Below, piece by piece: positions 1 through 12,008 of a DNA stretch of 64,000 nt. The DNA comes from a bacterium. Lineage in GTDB: Bacteria > UBA8248. The notes under the pieces are model-generated. The model was not told the origin of the DNA, did not search any database, and saw nothing but the letters and a program-made list of their open reading frames with translations. The stretch is taken from positions 576,001 to 640,000 of the forward strand of contig CBDBZY010000018.1 in assembly GCA_965213685.1 (NCBI GenBank), in the 5' to 3' direction. The first letter of the stretch is position 1; each line of letters starts with the position of its first letter. The position numbers and the translations under genes were made by a program.

Positions 1-465
1 TTATAGGTTATCTATACCGAGTTTTCTACAGATTTTTCTAAAACGTCGAACCATCTTTCCTGTGCCGTCTGTTTACATCCATGATACGGCCTATTCTGGA
101 ATACGCTTGCCAGGTGTGAGACCCCTACACACAGCTAATCTGGCAGATGGTTAAGAACAGACAAAAAATTGAAAACATACAGAAATATGGCCTGCGTATT
201 TGTTCTGGCAGATGGTTGGCAAGCTATGAAGAGTTACTGGATGTATTTAAACTTCCCACGTTAGCCAGCCGTCAGGTATATTTGAGAATTATCAGTACCA
301 CACTTAGCATTCCTACTTTCCACCGGAACTTCTAACTCAACAATCATTGACTGTTGCTACTCGTTCCAACATCTCTCATCAGTTTAAAGTCCCTTTTGCA
401 CACACAATACAGTTTCAGAGTTTGTATCTGCCCCGGACACTCCAATTGTGGAACAAATAACCTTT
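1..465 (+). mobile_element. 3' part of a decayed CR1/L2-like non-LTR retrotransposon (RT C-terminal region)
   Basis: Translates to MIRPILEYACQV...IENIQKY.LRIC...LPTLASR, a typical CR1/L2 RT tail, with stops and frameshifts; near-identical to 58308-58760. Confidence 0.75.
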
Positions 466-471
466 AGAATA

Positions 472-1003
472 TGAAAAGCACTAAAGTGCAAACCCTCGGC
501 GCAGTTGCAATTGCATGCTACAACAGACTACACAGATGATGCAAGCAGTGTGGCAGAGGTGTGGCAGGCGAGGATCTGATGTGCTGCACAGGGATCACAA
601 ACTCATTATGATGTTGCATGGGAGTGTTGAGTATTGCATGCGTAGTCATGTTGCGAGTTGTGCACATACGCATGTGCATATACTGTAGCCCCTTACTCGC
701 ATGCGCTTACGCGGGGCACTAGCCGTACGGACGTGAAACGGAAAGTATACAAAACATTGCAACGTGAACGAAATGGCGGATTGAGCTGGCTTGGTCACGG
801 GTAAGGTTATAACGCTTCTAACTTTCTAACGAAGCAGTTTTAGAGAAAAGGCCTTTATACTTTTGTGAAAAACGTGCCGCTCAAGCCGCTAGTGCCTTCG
901 GTTAGACGTCTACTAGCGCCAGTCCGCAGAGTAGCCCTGTGGAACAGACACACACACAGGACAAGTACCGTAAACCTCGCTGCGCATGCGCGCCGAGGGT
1001 TAA
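472..1003 (-). mobile_element. Helentron-associated (DINE-1/HINE-like) non-autonomous element
   Basis: Subterminal inverted repeats aaccctcggcgc / gcgccgagggtt, short (GT/GTCT) core, small terminal hairpin gcactttagtgc; related copies at 24160-24843, 58762-59290 and partially 51470-51610 (opposite strand). Confidence 0.6.
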
Positions 1004-2888
1004 TGATTGTAGATCGTTTAAATGTATACTTAAAGTATTCTATTATAGACTGGTACACATGTTGTATTAGCAACTTCTTGCTATTTTGTGTTGCCATGCA
1101 TATACTTATGCAGAACCCTTAAAAAAAGAAAAATAAACATAATTTGTTGCTCTGCGTTCGCTGCCGGCATCGCATATGGGTAAGCTTACTAAGGTATAGG
1201 AGGGAGATATATACCCCGTAGGTTTTATTGCTTTATTATGGCTCACATGTTTCTGGGTTATCCTAGCCAGTTGAATGCTCTGGTTGTTCTTCCTTGTTCG
1301 CACGAAAGCATGGAAGTATGGGTAGCAATATCTATGATGAAAAAGCAAATGTACGCCGTCAGTTCAACGGCTAGTGTTGGAACTTAGTGCATGCACAGGT
1401 TGTGAATATCAGTAATAACTAATCAGCTGCACATAATACAGGGACCGAACAAACATCAGTTGGAACATAATCATTGCTATACATATAAAGTAACAATTTC
1501 CTTGTGACTTAAGCTACCCTAACATTTCATTTACCCTCTGGTTCCATGTGTTGGAATATTTACCTTTTCACGTGTGAGGCGCGCGATCGACAAGCAAGAG
1601 GCCATGCAAGCTGTGACTTATAATTGATATCGGATTAAGAAACATAAAGTCATTGAATGGCTGGTAGTGGCGGACCTAAGTTCTTGGGATGGGATGACAG
1701 CCCACCCTTCAAACCATCATAGCAGTCTTTTGATGCTAAGGCACGCATGCATATGTACATGAGTAAATCGAAAACCACAACTCCCTAGGCCACGAACGGC
1801 CCTTAGGCCTAGATGTTAAACAGTCACCCGATGCGCAGGACGCGTTTCGGCCAATACCAGGCCTCATCAGCTACATGTACGTCATCAGATTATAGTCAGC
1901 ACTATGGACTGGACTGGACCGGATCTAGGTACACGCTCGGCTCGGTATAGTCTCTACCCGGCTCGATATAGTCTCACCCAGATCTCTTACTCTTGTATGT
2001 CATCTCTCCTTATGGCTATAATTACTATGCACTGATTTGTATACAGTCATGTATACCTATAGACCTGACTTTTTGCTTTAAATTAGGTCGCATTGTTGTT
2101 GCTTTCATGTGTACATTTTTCACTTCTAATAGTGTATATACATGTATTTCTCTTTGTGGTCTAGATGAAACATATGGGGAGGAGTGTCTGTTCTGTGAGG
2201 GGTGGTATATGTGTTGTATCAGGGACCAGGAGTGCATGTTCTATCTGTAAGAGTGGGTATTATCTCTGGGAGTGAAAATTCACTGCTGCTGATGCAGGTC
2301 CTTTGAATACAATTGAGTATAGTAAGACTTAAAGTTAACCCCTAGTCAGTAGGTCATACATGTATGTGCTTCAGATCCACACACATGCACGCACTCGCAC
2401 ACACACAAATGCTTCTGTGAAAAACTTTTCTGGTAACTGCTTTGCATACAAGCACACGTGAAATCATTGACAACCACCATCATAGTACATTTTACACGTC
2501 ACTTTTTACCTTTTCACCACTGTCTGTTGTATTTTGCATATGCATTTAATGTACGCCTATATGATTTTTCAGAAATTTATCTGGGGTTATGGCTGGACTG
2601 GAGAATGTTAGCTAGGGAAGGGAGAGTGGATAATAACTGTCCCCTTCCCCTTCCCCCATCTCTGCTTGAAACCCTGGTAGAGGGCATGTGCATTGGGCAA
2701 TCAGAATATAGCCACAACCCGTCATGTGATGGCCAACTGCAGGTTGTCTGCATGAGTATGCAAGCCCGTACGCAGGACTCTTAAAAGGGGGGTTCGATAA
2801 CTTCTTTGGCAAATTCCTGATAATGCGCTGTATAACCTGAACTACACATGCACCATCAAGTGGCAGCGAAACCACGCCTTTCGCCTTC

Positions 2889-4098
2889 CAGGGCCGGTGC
2901 CAGCTATTTTGAAGTGGGGTGGCCGTGAAGCAGGGTGTAGAACTCGAGTTTGAAGTGATACGCTGGCGAGAGTTGTGGCGTGCGAAGCGCGCCCTAGTAG
3001 AGGGGCCTGGGGGCGTGCCCCCCAGAAAATATTTGGCATGCTGAGATCGCATCTAGAGCAATTGGTGGTAATACTGCAAGAGTAAATTGCATGTTACAAA
3101 AACCTAGTTTTGACGGCTAAAGTTAGTGAGCAACTAGGCTTGTCCCAATTATGTTCAAAAAATTGCCTATTATTCTATTCTTTTATGCTCGAAAAACCAA
3201 CCTATTATTCCATAATGCATGTCGATTATTCTTTAATCACTTGCCAATTATTCCATGTTTAAATGATTTTTGACGAGAACATAATGCAACAAAACACTTA
3301 TGAAAACATTACACAAATTTGTGTAATATCACAGAGGTTTCTATATAATCTTTCAAAGGCCCGCCCCCTACGCTGGCTAGCCTTAAAAATTCAATCCAAG
3401 CTCTTGTCGATCTGAGAGATTTCAATAAAATGGCGTTCAGCAGCAGCTGATAAAGGTTGCAACAGCAGCATGTCTTTGCATGCTTTTGACTACTTAGGAA
3501 GGTTTTCCTCATTCCTCTTCCACCAAATTACGAGCCCCGCCTCCAAAATTTGAGAAAACCTACCTATTATTCCACCATTATTCTCTACTTGAAACTGTCC
3601 CTATTATTCTAAAATTATGCTAGCATGATTGGGACAAGCCTATGAGCAATTGTACATGCATGCAACACAGTAATTTAGATCTAGTGATGCGAGCGTTTTG
3701 AGCGCGTAACTCATGCAACGAAGAAGGCTATGTCCCAGAAAGCTATCCACTTGAAACCAAACGTATTAGAGGCTATGGCCCTGTTCGGAGGTGAAAGCGG
3801 CTGCGAAGTTACGTCTGATAGCGTACTCTTTGAAAGAGAGGAAACGCTGAAAGTTAGCATCCACGCGCCTTTGCGTCTGGAAACGTGACAAGAAACACCA
3901 CGCCTTCTTATGTAGCATGTGTAGGAATCTGCACGCGCATACGACGCGATAATCGCCTGGCAGCGCCGATCGCGACACTGTGGAAGTTATTCGAGGTGCC
4001 GACTACGTATCTGGGCTTGGAGATATCGTAATTTGGGGGAGGAGGCCAAAAACTGGGGCGGCCATGGCCGCCCCGACCGCCCCTGTGGCGCCGGCCCG
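2889..4098. mobile_element. Nested non-autonomous TIR element with 5-bp TSD
   Basis: Ends cagggccggtgcca / tggcgccggcccg flanked by CCTTC at 2884-2888 and 4099-4103. Confidence 0.7.
3135..3642. mobile_element. Nested hAT-like MITE with 8-bp TSD
   Basis: TIR taggcttgtcccaattatg / catgattgggacaagccta; TSD tgagcaac / tgagcaat; internal ctattattc subrepeats. Confidence 0.85.
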
Positions 4099-5845
4099 CC
4101 TTCACAGTTCCTCGGTCGAGAACTGAGCGGTAATCAGCATAGCCCCGTTGCGCATCGTGAACTGGTCCATGTAGGATTCGCCGGGCGTGAGGTGAAGCTT
4201 GCCGGAGTTCTGCACAGCTTTCTAACGGTAATTAAGGGTATGCCTGCGGAAAGGGGGGTTCGTCCGAACCCCCCCGAACCCCCCCTACGTACGGGCCTGG
4301 TATGACGTGCTTGCAGCTGTAGCAAGATTCATCCCTTCTATACTAGCCAGGCTAGTGTACATCTCATGCTAGAGTAGCTGGTGTATTCCAATGCAAAGGT
4401 ACTGAGTATACTTCATCTCGCAGAACATAATGTGGGGGCTTGATTAAAGTTAAGTGCACATAAGTACGCATTTCCCCTCTCACAGAACACATACACCATA
4501 TCTCTCGAAGACTACATCCTCTAAACTACGATATTTATGTGCACTAAGACAAAACACTTAATTTTGACAGTAATCATCAGTAACTATAACTATATAGACA
4601 TGGAATACGTTGGTTATGTACGGTGTCTTTCCAGGCACATTTTGAATTTCCTCTCACCCGGAAGCAAATACTGTAATCACAAGCTGTGCAGTATAGTGCA
4701 TAGCGCACGCTGACGCGGCGCGCCGGCCGGCCCCGACCTCATGTAAGTTAAGTACATGTACGTACGCGTGCGGCTGGGCCCGAGCTCGTGATCATCTAGG
4801 GAAGTAGAAGAGTGAAGGATCGCACCTGAAAGCGTAAACATTGCAAGATTGTGGATAGACTAGGTGAGTTTTTCAGTGTTCGAGGGCTACTTTATGTTGC
4901 TACGTGAAACTGGACCTACTACCGTAGGATGTGGCGCGGCCTGTTGATATATAGTCAGGCCGCGTTGTCTGTCAACACGAGCACTAGTAAGGAGCAGGCC
5001 TGCTGAGCTGTGGTTGTGTCAGGTGTATGTAGTTAGGTGCGTTGTGTTGTTGTCGAGCGCCCAATGGCTCTCACAGCCCTTCTGATGTGACACCACATGT
5101 ACTTGTAGAGTGCAATGTTCAGACACGTACATGTATACATGTAGATGTGAATTCAGTACATGTAGTTCATGTGTAGTACATGTATCAGTGTGCAAGAGTG
5201 ACCAAAGCTGAGCTACGTATATGTATGGGAGATCTGTAAACTTCCAACGTTGTAGTTTTCCCTTGGACAAGCCAGGCCTTCAGGGCTGCCTATGTATTCA
5301 ATAGCTGTGTACATTTAGATGTATATGTAGATACTACTGATGCAGTGGACACACACCATTTCTGTTTCCTTAGCCTCGCAATGGCAGGTTTTGATGTGGT
5401 GTGTTAGTTGACAAAGCTCTGGACATTAGGAGCGTGTGTAGTGGGACACAGGTTGAGGAATAGACCCTTTGCAAAATTTTCATATTCTGAAATACGCCAT
5501 GTATGCCCTAGCATAACCACCACATAACTGCCAATTTTTATTTGGAATAACTCCACATGGCATTGGTAGCTTTATGTTAAGAGGATGGGGAGGAAAAGTG
5601 AGCAACAGTTCTTTTTGAAGACACCATTCTGGCTGACAGAGGATGTGATATTAAAGATACTGTACTTAGCCTGCATGTACATGTACATGTACATGTACAT
5701 GTGTGCTAGTCATGTAGTTTTGGGAGAAAACTGCATTCCAGATGTTTATTCAGAGCCATACTCACTAGGTACTTGCGTATGCGTGTATGCTTTAGTACAC
5801 CAATATGGCAGATAGCAACCATTGCCATGCAGAGCGTATGAACAA

Positions 5846-6065
5846 CTGGACTGGACTGGACTGGACTGGACTGGACTGGACTGGACTGGAATATTCGACT
5901 AACCAATTTAAGAATGCATGCGTATTGAGAGAGTGGTCTGTGGAGAACACTGGAAGACTTGCCATCACAAAATTCCCACTCTGATAACCCTCTGCAGCCT
6001 CATTCTCAGACTTTGCACTTATTCCCAGACTGGGCACAAACACATGCGCTATGAGGAGAGAGTGG
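5846..6065 (+). repeat. (CTGGA)n tract plus one arm of the foldback element seen intact at 35986-36591
   Basis: ctggactgga array followed by gagagtggtctg..gaacactggaagacttgccatcac..gcagcctcattctcag, matching 36000-36200. Confidence 0.75.
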
Positions 6066-7499
6066 TTGTGTATGGTTAAGTACAGGAACTGGCAGGAGGC
6101 CAATATGGTGGCATCGAATCGTAATATATAAATTCCCTTTCAAACATGTCAGCAAATCTTGCTGCCCTGCCCAGTGGTGCTAGCAGATCCTGCACAATAG
6201 TCCGTGCACCTGAGAGCAGGTGCAGTGTGCACATGGTGTCTTGTGGGAGGGAGGGAGAGGGGAGGCATTTGCCCCCTCCTGAAATATGTGTGCCCTCCTT
6301 GGATGAACAGGCTGTGCACAGGTTGTTTACATGCACAATCATCCATTGCTTACTTTCCCTTCAATTCTGTTCAGTCAACTTTGCCTCCCCCCCCCCAAAT
6401 TTGAGATTCATTTTGATATTAATAATGTGGTTTGGTGCATGCTATGTGTTATTCAGGGCTCCAAAGGGGCAGCACAGCACCGGGCTGGCTACATGACCAT
6501 ATACAGTACATACGCTATGAACATGTACAGTACTAGTACAGTGGCTTACAAAATATGGTTTGATATTTAGTAGAGCCTCAATGGCTTACAAGAATAGATA
6601 TCTCCAACAACCTCAGCGGCTCAGAACATTACATCTCTCCCACACCCTCAGCAGCTTAGAAAAATATATTTTAGAACTAACAACCTCAGCCACTTAGAGA
6701 GATATACTGTGTACCAAACCTATATGTACACACAGACATGTGCATGTATGTCTCTGCCTTTGGATTAGAGACTGTTGTGAAATTTCTTTGCTGTTCTCTT
6801 TTGTACTGTTACTTGTAGTGCGCTACGCACTTGCTCGTTCATGTACATGTACTGTATATCCATGTACTCATCTTGTGGTGTATCCATACCTACAGCACCT
6901 CATTCAGAGGGAGAGAGGGAGGGATGGGTATGTATGCATGCATAATACAGGAGCTGTGTGAGGGAGAGGGATATGAGCTCACATATGCATTCAATATGAC
7001 CACCACAGATGCTCAAAACTTCTACAGCTAAATCACAAAAAAGAAACAAAAAATACATTGCAACTACATGTACATGTACATGTCACCCCTGACCGTAGTG
7101 CTAACTGAACCAACAGGGGGAGGGAGAGAGGGAGGGAGAGAGGGAGGGAGAGAGGGAGGGAGGGAGGGAGGGAAGGAGAGAGGGAGGGAGAGAGGGAGGA
7201 GAAAACCCTTCCAAACCTACATGTGAGATCTGGTGTCTCTATAACCCCTGGACCTGCTATTGTTTCACCTGCTGACCACTGCCAGGGCTAGAGCACACCA
7301 TTTGGTCTCTTTCATTAGACCCTTAGCTCAGCGTTGCAGCTACTGTACATACATAATTATAATTATGTCTGTACATGGGCATGTACATGTAGGGGCACAT
7401 GAGGTGGTTTGGGAATACACATGAGTATCCACATGTACCTAGGGGAGTTACATGTGATGGCTCAGTATGTGTAGCACATGTACAGTACATGTACACAGT

Positions 7500-7750
7500 A
7501 CTGAGATAAGAGTTGCCCTGTTTATCAGGGGAGAGATGCCTTTGCCTTTGCATAGCATTTAAAGATTCGGCCTGCCCAGCTGAGCTGCCTTGGTGGATCG
7601 GTTGGTAGAGTGTCTGCCTGGTATGCAGAATGTTGCTGGTTCAAATCCTGCCTGAGGCAGCTCTTCTTTTTCTCTTGAGAAAAAGGGAGTTGTCTTCAGG
7701 CACAGTTGCTTTGCACTGCCTGGTCTCAATGACTGATCGTTCAGGTACTA
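7500..7750 (+). mobile_element. tRNA-related SINE
   Basis: A/B-box-like ggttggtagag and ggttcaaatcc enclosed by gagctgcct...aggcagctc; decayed inverted copy at ~50300-50555. Confidence 0.6.
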
Positions 7751-8735
7751 CACGTACCCTTCCTTCTCTGCCTCCCTTTCCTCCCTCCCTCTGACCCCTC
7801 CGTCCCTCCCTCTGATCCCTCTCTCACTCAGTCCTTCTGTATTTGTCTCTGTTCAGTTAGCATCACACATGTGCGTGTGCATGTAGTTGCAATGCTTTGT
7901 GTCAAATAGCTATAGAGGATTTGAGTGTCTGAACCTCACAGTGCTGTAGGCTGCTGTGGTGCAGCACTGCTTTTATTGCCATACATGAGCCTGAGTGATT
8001 GTGGTTTCTGAAACCTTACTTATTACATGAATATCCTAGGGAAATCCCCCCATCTCAAAACCTAATGCAGGGATAGATACGGAACAAAGCCACCTCACTG
8101 AGCATCAACCAGTTCCAAACAGCTGTCTGCTGTTTCATTGAGTGTTTGCTGGCTCACCTGATTTCCAGTGGCCTACCACACATAATGTGCATACATGTAT
8201 TGTCCCTGTATGCACCTATAGCTATTTACATGATGAAAAGGCTCAGGAATATTTTAGAAAACTGTGAAAAACTGGCAGCCACCCAGGATTGAACCGACTC
8301 ACTCACTCACTCACCTACTCACCCACTCACTCACTCACTCACCCACTCACTCACTCACCCACTCACCTACTCACATACACACAGGATAACTATGCACACA
8401 CTCATTTCTGCTGCCCACACATTATCCTCTGCATACACATTATCCTCTTGCTTTTGTGTATGTTTTGCATGCTAGAGAGTTTAATGTGTTGTGTACATGT
8501 ACATATTTGCACAGTCATCACACCAGCAGTGAACTACACAGTCGCACACATGCAAGTGTAGTAACAGCATACTGCACTGTCAGTGTAGAGTGTTGTTGCA
8601 AAGCACTACACTAGCATAGTGCAAACCTTTTTGAAGGCTACTGTGCGTACTTGTACATGTGCATGTACACATGTGTGGATGTGCACATGATAAGTACTGC
8701 ACTCACACTACATGTGCATGTCTATATCTCTGCAG

Positions 8736-8858
8736 ATGAGTACCTCAGGGAGGGTGTGTCCTTGTGGTGGCTGCAGGACACAAGGTTCAGGATCCCTCGT
8801 GTCAACATGCACTGTTCCATTGAGTCAGTCAGAGCTGAGAAGAGTCCATGGTGGATGG
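8736..8858 (+). pseudogene. Exon resembling the third domain of insulin-degrading enzyme/nardilysin (M16A)
   Basis: AG/GT-bounded; encodes DEYLREGVSLWWLQDTRFRIPRVNMHCSIES, resembling the IDE LWFKQDDKFFLPKA segment. Confidence 0.6.
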
Positions 8859-9564
8859 GTGTGTATGTACGTGTATTAGATTTCTGCCTTGCTCCTCTCT
8901 TGCCCTCTGCACAGTCACTGTCATCTCCTCTTCACACTGTCACCTCTCACACCATCCCAACCACACACTCTCCACTCCCTCACTCCTCACCTGCCACACC
9001 ATCCCTCTTCCCATGCCCTTCACTCCTCCTCACTCTTCCAGCCCTCACCTTCCCACCCCTCACTCCCTCACTCTTGCTCTCCTCACCTTCCCACTCCTCA
9101 CTCCCTCACTCTTGCTCTCCTCACCTTCCCACCCCTCACTCCTTCACTCCTGCTCTCCTCCCCTTCCCACCCCTCACTCCCTCACTCTCTCTCTCTCCTC
9201 ACCTTCCCACCCCTCACTCCCTCACTCTTGCTCTCCTCACCTTCTCACCCCTCACTCCCTCACTCTCTCTCTCTCCTCACCTTCCCTCCCCTCACTCCCT
9301 CACTCTCCCTCTCCCCACCTTCCCAGGTGCCCATGTCAACTTTCTCTCCTTCCTCCATGCCATCCTCTTCCCAGTCCTCAATTGCCTCATCCTCACAGCT
9401 CTCCCAGTCCACCCTTCAGCCTACCCCTACTCCCAACACTAACCTTACCTCTACCCCCACCTCTACCTCTCCCTCACAGACCTCTCAACCCACCCCTACC
9501 CCTACCCCTACCCCTACCTCTACCCCTACCCCTACCCCTACCCCTACCCCTACCCACTCCACAG

Positions 9565-10150
9565 CTGCAAGCCCATGCTGGATAACTGCACATACCAAGT
9601 CCTAATGCTCAGCAACTCTCTCCGTGTTCTCCTGATCTCTGATCCCAAGTCCAACATATCTGCAGCATCGATGGAAGTGGCTGCTGGATCATTCAGTGAC
9701 CCGCCTGAAGCAGAAGGACTGGCACACTTCTGTGAGCACATGCTCTTTCTGGGAACAAAGAAGTACCCCGATGAGCACGTCTACTCCAACTACCAGTCCA
9801 CTCATGGGGGAGGGGATAATGCCTTCACATCTACGCAGGAGACCAACTACTACTTCAGTGTGAACTCAGACTCCCTGGAGCATGCTCTGGACCTCTTCGC
9901 TCAGTTCTTCATTGCTCCACTGTTCAATGCCTCCTCTGTTCAGGATGAAGTCCATGCAGTGAACTCGGAGCACGAGAAAAACCTTCAATCAGATGGATGG
10001 AAGCTGTGGCAGCTCCTGAAACATGTCTCCAATCCTGAACACCCGTTTCACATGTTCTCCACTGGCACACTCTCAACTCTCAACAGTTCACGTGTTGACC
10101 TTCTGCAACTGCTACACAACTACTACAATTCCAGTTACTCTGCCAACACT
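9565..10150 (+). CDS. Catalytic N-terminal exon of an insulysin-like M16A metallopeptidase (gene apparently incomplete here)
   Basis: KPMLDN.TYQVLMLSNSLRVLLISDP, GSFSDP, GLAHFCEHMLFLGTKKYP (inverted HxxEH Zn motif), NAFTS, EVHAVNSEHEKN; acceptor cag at 9562-9564, donor gtaagt at 10151. Confidence 0.9.
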
Positions 10151-10277
10151 GTAAGTACATGTACATTGTGAATGAATACAGCTTATAGTTACATGACCCT
10201 AATTGGGATGCATGAGCTGCATGGGCGAATGCATCCCAATTAGGGTCATGTATTGTAACTACATGTACATGTATTTT

Positions 10278-10410
10278 GAAACATGTCTCCAATCCTGAAC
10301 ACCCGTTTCACATGTTCTCCACTAGCACACTCTCAACTCTCAACAGCTCACGTGTTGACCTTTTGCAACTGCTACATGACTACTACAACTCCAGTTACTC
10401 TGCCAACACT
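10278..10410 (+). pseudogene. Partial tandem duplicate of the 3' end of the M16A exon
   Basis: Near-identical to 10017-10150 but lacks the gt donor after gccaacact. Confidence 0.9.
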
Positions 10411-11154
10411 TTAATTACATTGTATAGACCTGTACGTCTCTTCGTGTACTACCGTGCATGTACATACATGTACATGTACGTGTATATCCACATGCAGTGC
10501 CCAGTGCTTGCACCACATGTCCTGTGTGAGACTACATCTGCTCCATTACCACTGATAGTTATCCCCCAATGAATTTCCATTAATCCCATGCCACTAATAA
10601 CATCAGGTGGTCATGAGACTACACTGCCCACCACACCATACATAACTGCTTTACATAATTTTTGAACTGCTGTTACTGTAGTTGTATGTACATGTACATG
10701 TACATATGCACAGAGAAATGCTCCCTTGTACTGAAGGTGTACATGCAGTATGTTGCTGTGTCGAGTCCTGCCTGAGGCATCTCATTACAATAGCTGTCTT
10801 TAGGTGTAGGTGTTTGCCTTGCTCAGTCTCCATGACTAAGTGTACATGTATGCTGTTAGAGTGTGCATGTATCTCAACTTGAGTGTGATTATAATAACAG
10901 GCACAGTTATACACGTGGCTGGCGGCTAATAGCGAATGCTAATCACACCTACGCTAGTAGGTGTATATAGGGATTGGCCAGGGTCCTCAGCATTAAACCT
11001 ATACATTTGAAATTTGCTATTTTCCCCTTACAATGGAAGCAATCTGACTTTTAGTGTTATCCAAGTTAAGAGCATGCCAAATGTTTAGTGTATCTCAGAA
11101 ATTGTGATATGAGGTGTGTTTTATATTCAAAAAGGCATTTCACAAATTGTCCAT

Positions 11155-11272
11155 GTTCTTCTTCTTCTTCTTCTTCTTCTTCTTCTTCTTCTTCTTCTTC
11201 TTCTTCTTCTTCTTCTTCTTCTTCTTCTTCTTCTTCTTCTTCTTCTTCTTCTTCTTCTTCTTCTTCTTCTTC
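11155..11272. repeat. (TTC)n microsatellite inside left arm; shorter (GAA)n counterpart at 19548-19570
   Basis: Direct reading. Confidence 0.98.
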
Positions 11273-11868
11273 TCCTTCCGGTTGAAGAAACGAAACTCAA
11301 ACTCGTAGTACCATTAATCATGATATTGCACATATAGGTACATGGCATTGGTGGCTAGTGCATAGGCATAAAATGTTTTTGTTAACCCCTTTACTTCTTG
11401 TGATACTGATGATTATCTCTCTCTTCCTGTACATTATGATGCTACAATACAATGCACAGTAACTGAAAAAGTACAGTGCCATTAAGAATGAGTTTGGTGC
11501 ACTAGAACTAACTCCTAGTAGTGCATATGAGAGACATTAAGTTTATTTGTTAACCCTTTCAGTTCTTGCAATACTGATGATTATCAGTATTTCCATACAT
11601 TATGATGCTGTAACTGAGCGTACTGTAACTCACACAATACAACTAGTGAATATATATGCAACAGTTGCTATGGCAACAATTCATGACTGTGCTTAGAATG
11701 GGCTTGAAAGTTTTATATCAACCCTTTCACTGCTTGCAATATTAATGGTTATCACTTGTTATACATCACAATGGAGGGCAATAACGCGCTTAGATTAATT
11801 AAGCGCGCCGATTATTGCGCGCTTACGTCCTTGGATACGGGCCTGGATGTTGCACATGTGGTTTATAG

Positions 11869-12008
11869 CATAGATATTATTGCTAATGGAACGGGATTGG
11901 AAACAGATGACGTAATGCGGCTAACGTCTGTTACGGGTGTGCGTGTTTTAGACTCCGTGCGCGAGTCCAGTATGTGTACAGCTAACTAAGTTAGCAATAA
12001 TATCTATG
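11869..12008. mobile_element. 140-bp P-like mini element
   Basis: TIR catagatattattgctaa / ttagcaataatatctatg; shares ggaacgggattggaaa with the 16814 element; no clear TSD. Confidence 0.65.

Larger units (their letters stand above)
2761..4299. mobile_element. Non-autonomous TIR DNA transposon with 5-bp TSD (hAT5-like)
   Basis: TIR caagcccgtacgcagg / cctacgtacgggcctg; TSD GTATG at 2756-2760 and 4300-4304; absent (single GTATG) at the paralogous site near 61740. Confidence 0.9.
1..7214 (+). repeat. Segmental duplication copy A (partner 58308-64000)
   Basis: Colinear high-identity match from ttataggttatctata (1 / 58308) to gagaaaacccttccaa (7214 / 64000), apart from discrete indels. Confidence 0.97.

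Noticed and set aside
8848-9605. Pro/Ser/His/Leu-rich ORFs in all three plus frames
   Set aside because: Pyrimidine-rich intronic minisatellite between the M16A exons; open only because of low complexity.
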